Source: Gemmatimonadales bacterium
GTDB lineage: Bacteria; Gemmatimonadota; Gemmatimonadetes; Gemmatimonadales; GWC2-71-9
Assembly (NCBI GenBank): GCA_037189525.1
Contig: JBBCJC010000005.1
Coordinates: forward strand, 608,001-672,000
Length of the DNA stretch: 64,000 nt
Reading direction: 5' to 3'
Part shown: piece by piece, positions 9,001 through 16,295 of the stretch
Numbering within the stretch: position 1 is the stretch's first letter
Layout of the letters: each line of letters begins with the position of its first letter
Notes under the pieces: generated by a model
What the model was told of the DNA's origin: nothing
The model's input: only the letters and a program-made list of their open reading frames with translations
Databases searched by the model: none
Position numbers and translations under genes: made by a program

Positions 9001-12000
9001 CTGGCCACGGCCACGGTGGTCGGTAGTCCGATTGCCGACGTGACGACAAGCGTCGCCTTCCCGGCTACCGCCAACCCGGGGCAGCCGGTCAACGGAACGG
9101 TCATCTTCACCAACGCCGGTCCGTCGCCGGCCGCCAACGTCGGCTACACGCTGACGCTGACGCCCGGACTCACCGGCGTCGTGATCGGCAACCTGCCGGC
9201 CGGCGCAACCGCAAGCTACGACGCCACCACCGGAGTCGTGACGCTGACCGGGATGCCGGCCACGCTCATTCCCGGCCAGATCGCATCCGGCAACGGGACC
9301 AGCGGCATCACGGTCCAGTATACGCAGCCGGCGAGCGGGGTGAGCCAGATCAATACGGGCATCACCACCACGACCGATCAGGGCGCCAATCTGCTGCCTG
9401 ATACTGCGCAGGCGACGGTCGAGGGTCAGCTCGCCGATGTGACCACGTCGATCGTCCTGACTCCGACGGCCAACGCCGGCGATCCGGTTGTCGCCACGGT
9501 GCGCTTCCAGAACCTGGGACCGTCCATCGCACGTAGCGTGACCTATCGGATCACGCTGGTACCCGGTCTCACGGATGTCACGTTCGCCAACCTGGTCCCG
9601 GGCGCGACGGCCGTCTACAACGCCGTCACGGGCGAGGTGACCTTCACCGGCATGCCCCCGGCACTGACGCCGGGACAGATCGCCTCGGGCGACGGTGTGA
9701 ACGGGATCGAGGTCCGCTATACGCAGCCGGCGTCGGGCACGAGCCGAGTGACGAGCCACATCCGCACCGGAACCGATCAGGGCGCGAATGTGGCGCCCGA
9801 CGATGCGGAGGCCGTCGTCAGCGGCTCGCTGGTTGCCGACCTGGTGACGACCAAGACCGCGCCGACCGGCCCTGTTACCGCCGGCGCCGACGTGACCTAT
9901 CTGGTTCGGGTCGAGAACCGCGGGCCGTCCGACGTGCCCGCCGGCAGCCGGCTGACGGACACCCCGTCCGGTCTGACGCTGACGGCCGTGGCCTGCAGCG
10001 GCGCTACCGGTAACCTGTGCTCGACGGCGCCGACGGCCGCGCAGCTGACCGCGGGCGCTGTCCTGCCCGCGTTGCCCGCTACCCGGTTCTACGAGCTGTC
10101 GGTCACGGCACGGGTGCTCGGCAATGTCATGACGGCGACCAATACGGCCGCGGTCGTCGGACCGCCCACCGTGGTCGATCCGACGCCAGGCAATGACACT
10201 TCGACCGTCACGCGTCCGGTAACGCACGCGCCGGCGATCGGGATTGCGAAGCAACTGACGCACCGGGAAACGCTGGCCGGCGGCGGGCTCCGCGTCCGGT
10301 TCAGCATGCTGGTGCGCAACTATGGCACCGAACCCCTCGACGGCGTCCGGGTGACCGATGCGCTGGCAGGGTCTGCCGGCGGGACGTTCGGTACGCTGCA
10401 ACCTTCGGGCGTGCTCGCGGCCGGCACCTATCGGGTCGTCTCGGTCACCGCCAACGGGCTACTCCCCAACCCGGCCTTCGACGGCGACGGCAACCTCCTG
10501 CTGGCGAGCGGATCGCTCCCGGTCGGAGCGAGCGGCACGATCGAACTGACCGTGGACGTCGTCCCGCAGGCGGCCGATCGGGCCATTCTGAACGTGGCGC
10601 GAGCCGTGGGCACCGGTGCGACGAGCGGCACTCCGACGGAGGACGTCTCGCAGGACGGCACCGACCCTGATCCGGACGGGAATGGCGATCCGACCGACAA
10701 CGACGATCCGACTCCGGTTCCGGTTCCCGCCATTGCGGTCGTCAAATCGCTGGTGACGGTCGAGAACGCCGGGAACGGCCGTTACGACGCAACCTTCGCG
10801 ATCGTGGTGCGGAATGCCGGGACGGGACCGCTCACCATGGTTCAGGTCACGGATCGCCTGACGGCGTTCGGCAGCTACACCACCGAGGCGATGCCCGGCC
10901 CCGGCCAGTACACCGTGGTCGGCGCTCCGGTCATCACCAATGCGTTGAACGGCGCGTCGCTGACCGCGCAGCCGGCGGGCGTCTTTACCGGCGCCGATGC
11001 GAACATTGGCTTGCTGATTCCGGCCAGCAGTGTGCTGCCGCAAGGTCCGCCGAACGCGTCGAGCGCGGAAGTGCGCTTTACCGTGCGCTTCTTCCCGACC
11101 AACACCGGACCGTTCCGGAACGCGGCAGCGGCCGAGGCTGAAGGCCCGGGCGGCATCCCGGTTACCGGCGAAACCGAAACGCCGACGGAGGTACCGATCG
11201 AGCATCAGAGCATCGGTCTCGCCAAGTCTGCAGGCACTCCGGTCCAGACCGGCGACGGGCGCTTCCTGATCCCCTACCGGATCACGGTTCGCAACATGAG
11301 CAGCACCGTGACGGCGACGAACGTCCAGGTTCGTGACGACCTCACGGCCACATTCCCGAACGCCGTCTCGATCGTGATCCAGAGCGCCGCGCGCGTTACC
11401 GCGTGCACCGGGACGACCCTGGCGGTGGCCTCACCGGCGTTCGACGGAACCACTCAGACCGCCCTCCTCGCGGGCAATCAGTCGCTCGAGCCCGGAACGC
11501 AGTGCGTCATCGAGTTCTCGGTCGAAGTCGACTACGGCGTGGTCGCGCTGCCTGCGCAGCCGACGATCAATCGCGCCGAAGGCTCGACCTCCGGCACGCC
11601 CGGCGGACCCCCGATCGTGACGGATGGTTCGCAGAACGGCGACGATCCGGATCCGGACGGCGACGGCGATCCGACCAACAATGACGAGGGGACGCCCGTC
11701 ACGCTGACGCCGGACGAGCCGGCTCCGGTGGGCGCGTTCCAGATCGTCAAGACAAGTTCGCTCGTCAACGTCGCGGTCGGCCAGCTGGTGCCGTACACCA
11801 TCACGGTCACCAACATCTCGTCGGTGAACGTGCCGGATGCGCAGATTCGGGATCTGATCCCGGCCGGCTTCCGGTATCGGACCGGCACGGGCTCGGTCGA
11901 CGGCGTTCCGCGTGAACCGACCGTGAATGGACGGGCCCTGATCTGGGATAACCTGGCCTTCCGGCCCGGCCAGACGCGGGTGATCCGCCTGGTCCTGATG

Positions 12001-12726
12001 GTTGGCGCCGGAGTACAGACCGGTGAATACACCAACATCGCGCAGGTGTTCGATCCGGCCCCGCCGCCCACGAATCCGCTATCGGAAGTGGCCATGGCGA
12101 CGGTGCGAGTCGTGCCTGATCCGGTATTCGAGTGCTCGGACATCATCGGCAAGGTGTTCGACGACCGGAACGGCAACGGCGTCCAGGACCCGGGTGAACC
12201 CGGTCTGGCAAGCATCCGCGTCGCCACCGTGCGCGGCTGGCTGGTGACGACCGATGCCGACGGCCGGTACCACATCGCGTGCGCGGCATATCCCGACCGG
12301 GATCGCGGCAGCAACTTCGTCGTCAAGCTCGATGATGCGAGCCTGCCCACCGGCTACGCGACGACCAGCGAGAATCCGCGGGCCGTGCGCGTCACTCAGG
12401 GTAAGGTGACCGAGGTGAACTTCGGTGTCGCCCTGCCCCGAACGCTCCGGGTGGAAATGCGGGACGAAGCGTTCGAAGGCCGGACCACCGAGCTCGCCAC
12501 CGACTGGCGCGCATCGCTCGGTACGCTGCAGGACGATATCCGCGGCCGCGCGGCGGTGATCGAGTTGATCTACCGCGCCGGAACGGACGATCCACAACTG
12601 GCCCGCGCCCGACTCAAGGCGGTCGCGGACTACATACGAACACAGTGGCGACAGGAGCCGCTCAGGCATGTGGTGCGCATCGAAGAGGTCCTGGAGATGA
12701 CGAGCGGTCGGGAGGGCGGACGATGA
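3085..12726 (+). CDS. Giant (~3,200 aa) secreted DUF11/Ig-like repeat surface protein with SdrD_B-like domains and a degenerate OmpA-like C-terminal domain
   Basis: ORF open from 2896; true start uncertain (TTG 3079, GTG 3085 or TTG 3115) ahead of signal peptide RGLLLAGLFAGTAFVAPAAA|Q. Many DL-x3-K...Y-x-L-x-V-x-N-x-GP...NN repeats; SdrD_B-like GSVFRDFDADG and GKVFDDRNGNGVQD; Thr/Gly/Val/Ala/Pro-rich. Confidence 0.9.
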   Translation: MAITDHRHIALRSPASSGTGAQLLRRWAQRGLLLAGLFAGTAFVAPAAAQNVDLVLNISDAPDPAIAGAVVTYAVRVTNDAVATTATGVSVAVTVPAGFLYEGINAPGGVACSGMATGGAGPGALTCTVPNLAANGEIDFDLLLRTTQMGTPSVTFVVSGDQNDPDGGNNTVIEQTTVTAGSDMYVTIAGPATIAAGSQASYSLTVGNLGPNTTAGAISVQYPVPTGFTLTGGLPGGCSLSAGTITCAVAGPIVSGGSTVVGPFTGVISAASPSTVTHLASVTSTQDPISVNNADDHNTAVTAGSDLALTKVRSIGGPYLVGDTLDFVLTPTFTGDVPFGLQVVDVVPGNYTILTGQFAATQGAWSCGVAGQTVTCTRGSGGLSAGFEVPLGPITIPVVIASAGVGIQNTATITSSSPGDPAPGNNTATDGPINLETPFADLTILKTAPRPALTVTGVPFDFTIIAGNRGPSGFTGTLVVTDQVPVGLTVQAITAPGWTCTPPSPLPLAGPFDLVCERDYPAGTPLPAGADAPGIVVTTFATQTGALLNTGVVSSRNAGVPDNDLTNNTHSVPVTASPGLDAADIRILKSVIGPTPVPAGEQLSYRLEVVNTGPATATTVYLYDVFDALIDNQVGASRGYVGETITPGIVAPGTIACSTAVEGALSRALTCEIPTLPVCTAGVDCPVFEVMVRPSIATTGSRTNTAAGASFTTADPDVSNNTATATSQVDARADITITKVGTPTPVPAGQGLEYVLTAVNNGPSSAENVIVVDSLPLGVRFISATASTGSCATTPGVGTTTSAGNRVISCSLGTLAWDTQETITIRVRPTYPTYNSTIGNVATVTTTTTEPAAPGATNNRATFDAAVGAPQVDLLVNKVDLLDPLTVGDSTAYRIIVTNNGPSDAENVVITDQMPAGGLSYQRHLITSGGSCGTLPAVGAVGGQAVCQIPRLEAGRSDTLHVVMLGVTSGIWNNQVTVASDETTGGFETAPANNATDENTTVRSRVDLQLVSKTASSDSVGVRVPFTWDLVVRNNVGAGLAEADSVQVSDVLPANMELTGAPSVVSVTGGSITNGACSGVAGETSFVCQLGTVDNGAVVTIRVPVRALAVPAAPGIMTNSATISTTLSLDIVPGNNGGSGDVTIVGSAVSGSVFRDFDADGVIDGTDTGIDAITMTLTGTAFDATPISVTTTTDATGAYAFSGLPAGTYTITRGTVSEAHLSAGTQIVGTRGGNAATLGSISAIALGDGVTGTGYLFPFVPAARIGVAKQLMAAPTAGADGSFTATFQVRVQNYGLENLTGVTVRDPLAGAAPNFGSFVTGGAAAVLTAGQYTVESAPTLVGACVGGTPNAGFTGDAAPALLTLASLAANGGACTVSFAVRFLPSSPFPAGGYANQANADGTGELSGQTPSDQSHDGVDPDPDGNGVPTDNNDPTPVPVSPVADVTTDVTLPASANAADTVLATVLFRNAGPFPADGATYTLTMTTGLTGVSFANLPAGATASYDATTGTVTLTGMPTTIPAGTIVSGNGTDPISITYVQPGSGTSTVSSGIGTTTSQGANVLPDTDTATVSGGLVADVTTTVDFPATVNAGGTVTGTVVFTNVGPSTASNVTYTLQLEPGLTGVVIGNLPGGASASYDPGTGVVTLTGMPASLTPGQIASGNGTTGITVSYVQPATGTSTVASEITTTTPEPAGHAPNQDSATISGVPIADVTTAISFPPGGNVVNAGDTVTAIVSFSNNGPSDAAGVTYRIALEPGLDPAQVSFDNLPAGVTASYGAGTGDVTFTGMPATLTPGQIASGNGTSGIVVRYIQTVTADSWVRSYITTTTDQGANLAPDMAQAPTNGLAIADVTTSLSFPPNANAGETVSGTVRFTNLGPSPAQNVLYGLQLSTGLTGVSFGNLPAGASASYDPTTGTVTFTGMPGTLNPGQIASGDGTTFITVEYVQPASATSAITSTIATSTDEGANIGPNLATATVVGSPIADVTTSVAFPATANPGQPVNGTVIFTNAGPSPAANVGYTLTLTPGLTGVVIGNLPAGATASYDATTGVVTLTGMPATLIPGQIASGNGTSGITVQYTQPASGVSQINTGITTTTDQGANLLPDTAQATVEGQLADVTTSIVLTPTANAGDPVVATVRFQNLGPSIARSVTYRITLVPGLTDVTFANLVPGATAVYNAVTGEVTFTGMPPALTPGQIASGDGVNGIEVRYTQPASGTSRVTSHIRTGTDQGANVAPDDAEAVVSGSLVADLVTTKTAPTGPVTAGADVTYLVRVENRGPSDVPAGSRLTDTPSGLTLTAVACSGATGNLCSTAPTAAQLTAGAVLPALPATRFYELSVTARVLGNVMTATNTAAVVGPPTVVDPTPGNDTSTVTRPVTHAPAIGIAKQLTHRETLAGGGLRVRFSMLVRNYGTEPLDGVRVTDALAGSAGGTFGTLQPSGVLAAGTYRVVSVTANGLLPNPAFDGDGNLLLASGSLPVGASGTIELTVDVVPQAADRAILNVARAVGTGATSGTPTEDVSQDGTDPDPDGNGDPTDNDDPTPVPVPAIAVVKSLVTVENAGNGRYDATFAIVVRNAGTGPLTMVQVTDRLTAFGSYTTEAMPGPGQYTVVGAPVITNALNGASLTAQPAGVFTGADANIGLLIPASSVLPQGPPNASSAEVRFTVRFFPTNTGPFRNAAAAEAEGPGGIPVTGETETPTEVPIEHQSIGLAKSAGTPVQTGDGRFLIPYRITVRNMSSTVTATNVQVRDDLTATFPNAVSIVIQSAARVTACTGTTLAVASPAFDGTTQTALLAGNQSLEPGTQCVIEFSVEVDYGVVALPAQPTINRAEGSTSGTPGGPPIVTDGSQNGDDPDPDGDGDPTNNDEGTPVTLTPDEPAPVGAFQIVKTSSLVNVAVGQLVPYTITVTNISSVNVPDAQIRDLIPAGFRYRTGTGSVDGVPREPTVNGRALIWDNLAFRPGQTRVIRLVLMVGAGVQTGEYTNIAQVFDPAPPPTNPLSEVAMATVRVVPDPVFECSDIIGKVFDDRNGNGVQDPGEPGLASIRVATVRGWLVTTDADGRYHIACAAYPDRDRGSNFVVKLDDASLPTGYATTSENPRAVRVTQGKVTEVNFGVALPRTLRVEMRDEAFEGRTTELATDWRASLGTLQDDIRGRAAVIELIYRAGTDDPQLARARLKAVADYIRTQWRQEPLRHVVRIEEVLEMTSGREGGR
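7411..9834 (+). repeat. Six tandem ~134-codon intragenic repeats
   Basis: Units begin with ADVTT at 7411, 7813, 8215, 8632, 9034 and 9433 (periods 402, 402, 417, 402, 399, 402 bp); shared consensus GLTGVxFxNLPAGAxASYDxxTGxVTxTGMPxTLxPGQIASGNG. Confidence 0.92.
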
Positions 12727-15700
12727 ACCGCCATTGGGATGTGACCGTTTGGTCAGCACTCGTCCTGGGCCTTGGCACGGCGACGATCGCGAGTCCGCTC
12801 GCGGGTCAGGACCGGAAACCGTGTCCGCCAGCCGAACGGCCGGCGGGAACCCCGCTGCCGTTCCGGGTCACCGTCGACGGCGAGCCTCGGGTTCGCAGCG
12901 ACGTGATGCACGACGAGGACCGGACGCGCTGCGAAGATTCCGCCCTCGAACGGGCGAATATTCAGGTACGTGCCGATCTCCGGGAACGTACCCCGGTGCT
13001 CAACCTGACCGCTCCGCGGTCTGCGCTGCGCAATCAACCGGTGATGTTCACCGGCTATAGCAACTACGCCGCCTGGATCGCTCGATCCGAGCTGCGCATC
13101 CTCCCGGCGGAGGGCTCGACCGGCGCGCCGCCCCTCGCGGTGGCAGCATCGACCGATCCGAACACCCTGCAGTTCCGCTGGACGGTGCAGTTGCCGGAGA
13201 GCATCGAGCAGGTCCGTTATGTCCTTCGCGTCTACGATCGGGAAGGACGGTTCGACGAAACGGCGCCCAAGACGCTCGCCATCGTCGACCGGATCCGGAC
13301 CGAGAGCGACCGGGAGTCGGATGAACGCGAATCGCTGGTGGGTTACGGCGAGAACCACCGGTCGGTCATCAACATTCCGGTGGTTGGCGCCGCGATCACG
13401 GTCAACGGCGATCAGTTCGACGCGAAGGCGCGGGTAACCGTGTTCGGACGGACCGTGTCGGTGGCCGAGAACGGTCGCTTTGCCGCTCGCGAGATCATGC
13501 CGGTCGGTACGCATACCGTGACCATCATGGTGGAACAGGACGGCGCCCGTCACGAACTGACCCGGACGGTCGAGTTGCCGCAACGCGACTGGTTCCATCT
13601 GGCGGTGGCCGACTTCACGCTGGGTAAGAACTCGGTCACGGGTCCGGCGGCACTGGTCACCGGTCAGGATACCCGGCGCTATCGCGGGCAGCAGTATCTC
13701 GACGGCCGCCTGGGCTTCTACCTCAAGGGCGATCTCGGGTCCGAGACCGTCCTGACCGCCAGCGCGGACACCCGCGAGCAACCGATCGAGGACCTGTTCT
13801 CGAACTTCGGCGCGCGGGATCCGATGGCCCTGCTCCGCCGGCTCGACGTGAACTACTCCTATCCGGTCTACGGCGACGATGGGGTCCTGATCGACGATGC
13901 GCCGACCCAGGGCAAGTTCCACGTCCGCCTGGAACGGCACGATTCGCATCTGATGTGGGGCAGCTTTCAGACGCCGGTGACGGGCACCGATCTGGTCCGG
14001 TTCAATCGCGGCCTCTATGGCGGTGAGCTGCAGCTGCGCGCGCTGGGGTCGACCCAGTTCGGCGAGCGGCGCACGCGCGCCAACGTCTTCGCTGCCGATC
14101 CGGGCACGGCCGGCGCCCGCGACGAGTTCCGCGCCACCGGCGGTTCCCTCTACTACCTGCGCAATCAGGATGTCCTGCTCGGCTCCGAACAGGTCATGGT
14201 CGAGGTGCGCGATCGCGAATCGGGGCTGGTCCTCGAATCGACGACGCTGGTGCCGACGCAGGACTACGAGCTCAATGCCTTGCAGGGCCGCGTCGTGCTT
14301 CGCGCGCCGCTGTCCTCGATCGCGGAATCGCATGGCCTGGTGCGCACAGGCGCCCTGAGCGGCAACCCGGTGTACCTGGTGGTCGCGTACGAGCACACCC
14401 CGATGGGTATCCGGCTCGACAACTTCACCACCGGCGGGCGCGTCGCCCAATGGGTCGGCGATCACGTTCAGCTCGGCCTGACCGGCTACAAACAGGATGG
14501 TCTCGATCTCGGCCAGGAGCTCCTGGCCGGCGACGTGACTCTTCGCTACCGCCCCGGTACGTTCGTCACGGTGGAACGGGCCCGCTCGGAAGGACGCGGA
14601 ACCCAGGCCATGCGGTCGATCGACGGCGGCTTTGCCTTCACCCCCATCGCCAGCTCGGCAACCACGGCCTCGAAAGCCAACGCCAGCCGGGTCGAGGTCG
14701 GGATGGATCTGGCCGAGTTGAGCGGTGGCACCTCGCGCGGCCATGTCGGCCTCTACTGGCAGGATCGCGGCAACGGATTCTCCGCCCCGGGCCAACTCTC
14801 GACCGAGGCGACTCGGCAGGGCGGCAGCCAGCTGAGCATTCCGCTCAGCGACCAGGTGGCGGTCAGCGCCAAGGCCGATCTGCGTGAAGGCGATCTGTCC
14901 GGCAGCGCCCGCTCCCTGGAGTTCGGGACCGATCTCGGCCTCTCGCGCAACGTTCTGCTCCAGGGTGGCGTCCGCCACGAGCGCCGGGAAACCGGTCTGC
15001 TCGGCGGCAGCAGTGCGCTGCTCTCGGAAGTCGGCCAGCGCACCGACCTGATTGGCGTGCTGGGGTATCAGCCGGTCGACTCGCTTGGTGCGCCGCGCGG
15101 GTACAGCGTCTACGGGTTGCTCCAGGGCACCGTGAGTCGCGACGACAGCCGCAGCACCAACGATCGCTACGGCGTCGGTGGCAGGTTGCGGTTGTCGGAT
15201 CGGGTTGCCCTCTCGACGGAGGTGACCGATGGTACCGGCGGGATGGGCGGCAAGGTCGAGTCCGAGTTCCAGGTCTCCGACCGGACCAGCCTCTACCTCA
15301 ACTACCTGATGGACACCGACCGCGCCGACCAGGGATATCGCGGCCGGACCGGCAACCTGAGCGCCGGCGGGCGAGTCCGGTACTCCGAGGCCGTCAGCCT
15401 CTTTGCGGAGCGGCGGCAGCAATCGTCCGAGGCCGGCCCGTCCGGGCTGATCCATGCCTTCGGATTGGACCTGGCACCGTCGGACCGCTGGAGCTGGGGC
15501 CTCAAGCTGGAAGGTGGCACCATTGCCGATCCGAACTACGGCGATGTGGATCGGAAGGCGGCCTCCATCTTTGCCGGATACGCGACCGAGCGGCTCCGCT
15601 GGGGTGGCGCACTCGAGTACCGGACGGAAAAGACCGATCAGGTGGCAAAGCGGGTATCCTGGTTGAGCCGGAACAACGTCGGCGTCCAGCTGTCGGACGG

Positions 15701-16295
15701 CTGGCGAGCGCTCGGCCGCGCCAACGTGGCCGTGAGCACCGGCCCGGCCGGCACCAGCGGGCTCGATGCCGACTACACCGAACTCGTGGCCGGCCTGGCG
15801 TACCGCCCGGTGCGCAACAACCGGGTCAACGCGCTGTTCCGGTATACCTATCTCTACGATCTGACCAGCCCGGACCAGCTCGGCCCGCGGCTCGAGCTCA
15901 ACCCGTATGCGCAGCGCAGTCACGTGCTTTCGGTCGACGCCATCGCGCGAGCGGCCCGCTGGATCTCGATCGGCGGCAAAGTCGGACACCGGCGCGGCGA
16001 GATCCGCGATCGCTCCTCCGACATTGCTCCGTGGATGTCCAGCTCTGCCTGGCTGGCCATTGCACGTGGCGACCTGCATGTCGTGAAGCAGTGGGACGTC
16101 GTGGGCGAACTTCGCCGGCTGTCCGTGACCGAAGCGAACGATGCGCGGTCGGGTGTACTGCTCGGCGTCTACCGGCAGGTGGGCACGAACCTGCGGGTTG
16201 GGCTTGGCTACAACTTCACCGATTACTCGGACGATCTGACCGATCTGCGTTATCGGAGCCGCGGCTGGTTCCTGAACCTGCTCGGCGTGCTATAA
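12723..16295 (+). CDS. Large predicted outer-membrane beta-barrel protein (~1,190 aa), partner of the giant repeat protein
   Basis: ATGA overlap with the upstream stop; signal peptide; C-terminal half rich in alternating amphipathic strands, ending GLGYNFTDYSDDLTDLRYRSRGWFLNLLGVL. Confidence 0.85.
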   Translation: MNRHWDVTVWSALVLGLGTATIASPLAGQDRKPCPPAERPAGTPLPFRVTVDGEPRVRSDVMHDEDRTRCEDSALERANIQVRADLRERTPVLNLTAPRSALRNQPVMFTGYSNYAAWIARSELRILPAEGSTGAPPLAVAASTDPNTLQFRWTVQLPESIEQVRYVLRVYDREGRFDETAPKTLAIVDRIRTESDRESDERESLVGYGENHRSVINIPVVGAAITVNGDQFDAKARVTVFGRTVSVAENGRFAAREIMPVGTHTVTIMVEQDGARHELTRTVELPQRDWFHLAVADFTLGKNSVTGPAALVTGQDTRRYRGQQYLDGRLGFYLKGDLGSETVLTASADTREQPIEDLFSNFGARDPMALLRRLDVNYSYPVYGDDGVLIDDAPTQGKFHVRLERHDSHLMWGSFQTPVTGTDLVRFNRGLYGGELQLRALGSTQFGERRTRANVFAADPGTAGARDEFRATGGSLYYLRNQDVLLGSEQVMVEVRDRESGLVLESTTLVPTQDYELNALQGRVVLRAPLSSIAESHGLVRTGALSGNPVYLVVAYEHTPMGIRLDNFTTGGRVAQWVGDHVQLGLTGYKQDGLDLGQELLAGDVTLRYRPGTFVTVERARSEGRGTQAMRSIDGGFAFTPIASSATTASKANASRVEVGMDLAELSGGTSRGHVGLYWQDRGNGFSAPGQLSTEATRQGGSQLSIPLSDQVAVSAKADLREGDLSGSARSLEFGTDLGLSRNVLLQGGVRHERRETGLLGGSSALLSEVGQRTDLIGVLGYQPVDSLGAPRGYSVYGLLQGTVSRDDSRSTNDRYGVGGRLRLSDRVALSTEVTDGTGGMGGKVESEFQVSDRTSLYLNYLMDTDRADQGYRGRTGNLSAGGRVRYSEAVSLFAERRQQSSEAGPSGLIHAFGLDLAPSDRWSWGLKLEGGTIADPNYGDVDRKAASIFAGYATERLRWGGALEYRTEKTDQVAKRVSWLSRNNVGVQLSDGWRALGRANVAVSTGPAGTSGLDADYTELVAGLAYRPVRNNRVNALFRYTYLYDLTSPDQLGPRLELNPYAQRSHVLSVDAIARAARWISIGGKVGHRRGEIRDRSSDIAPWMSSSAWLAIARGDLHVVKQWDVVGELRRLSVTEANDARSGVLLGVYRQVGTNLRVGLGYNFTDYSDDLTDLRYRSRGWFLNLLGVL

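Noticed and set aside
7411..9834. Repeats as a CRISPR array or DGR template/variable pair
   Set aside because: They are in-frame ~400-bp coding repeats with no spacers; no cas or reverse transcriptase gene, and no evident adenine-specific variation.
4606..16079. Very long minus-strand ORFs (4606..8172, 8722..10401, 12753..16079)
   Set aside because: Arg/Gly-rich mirror frames typical of high-GC coding DNA; no motifs.
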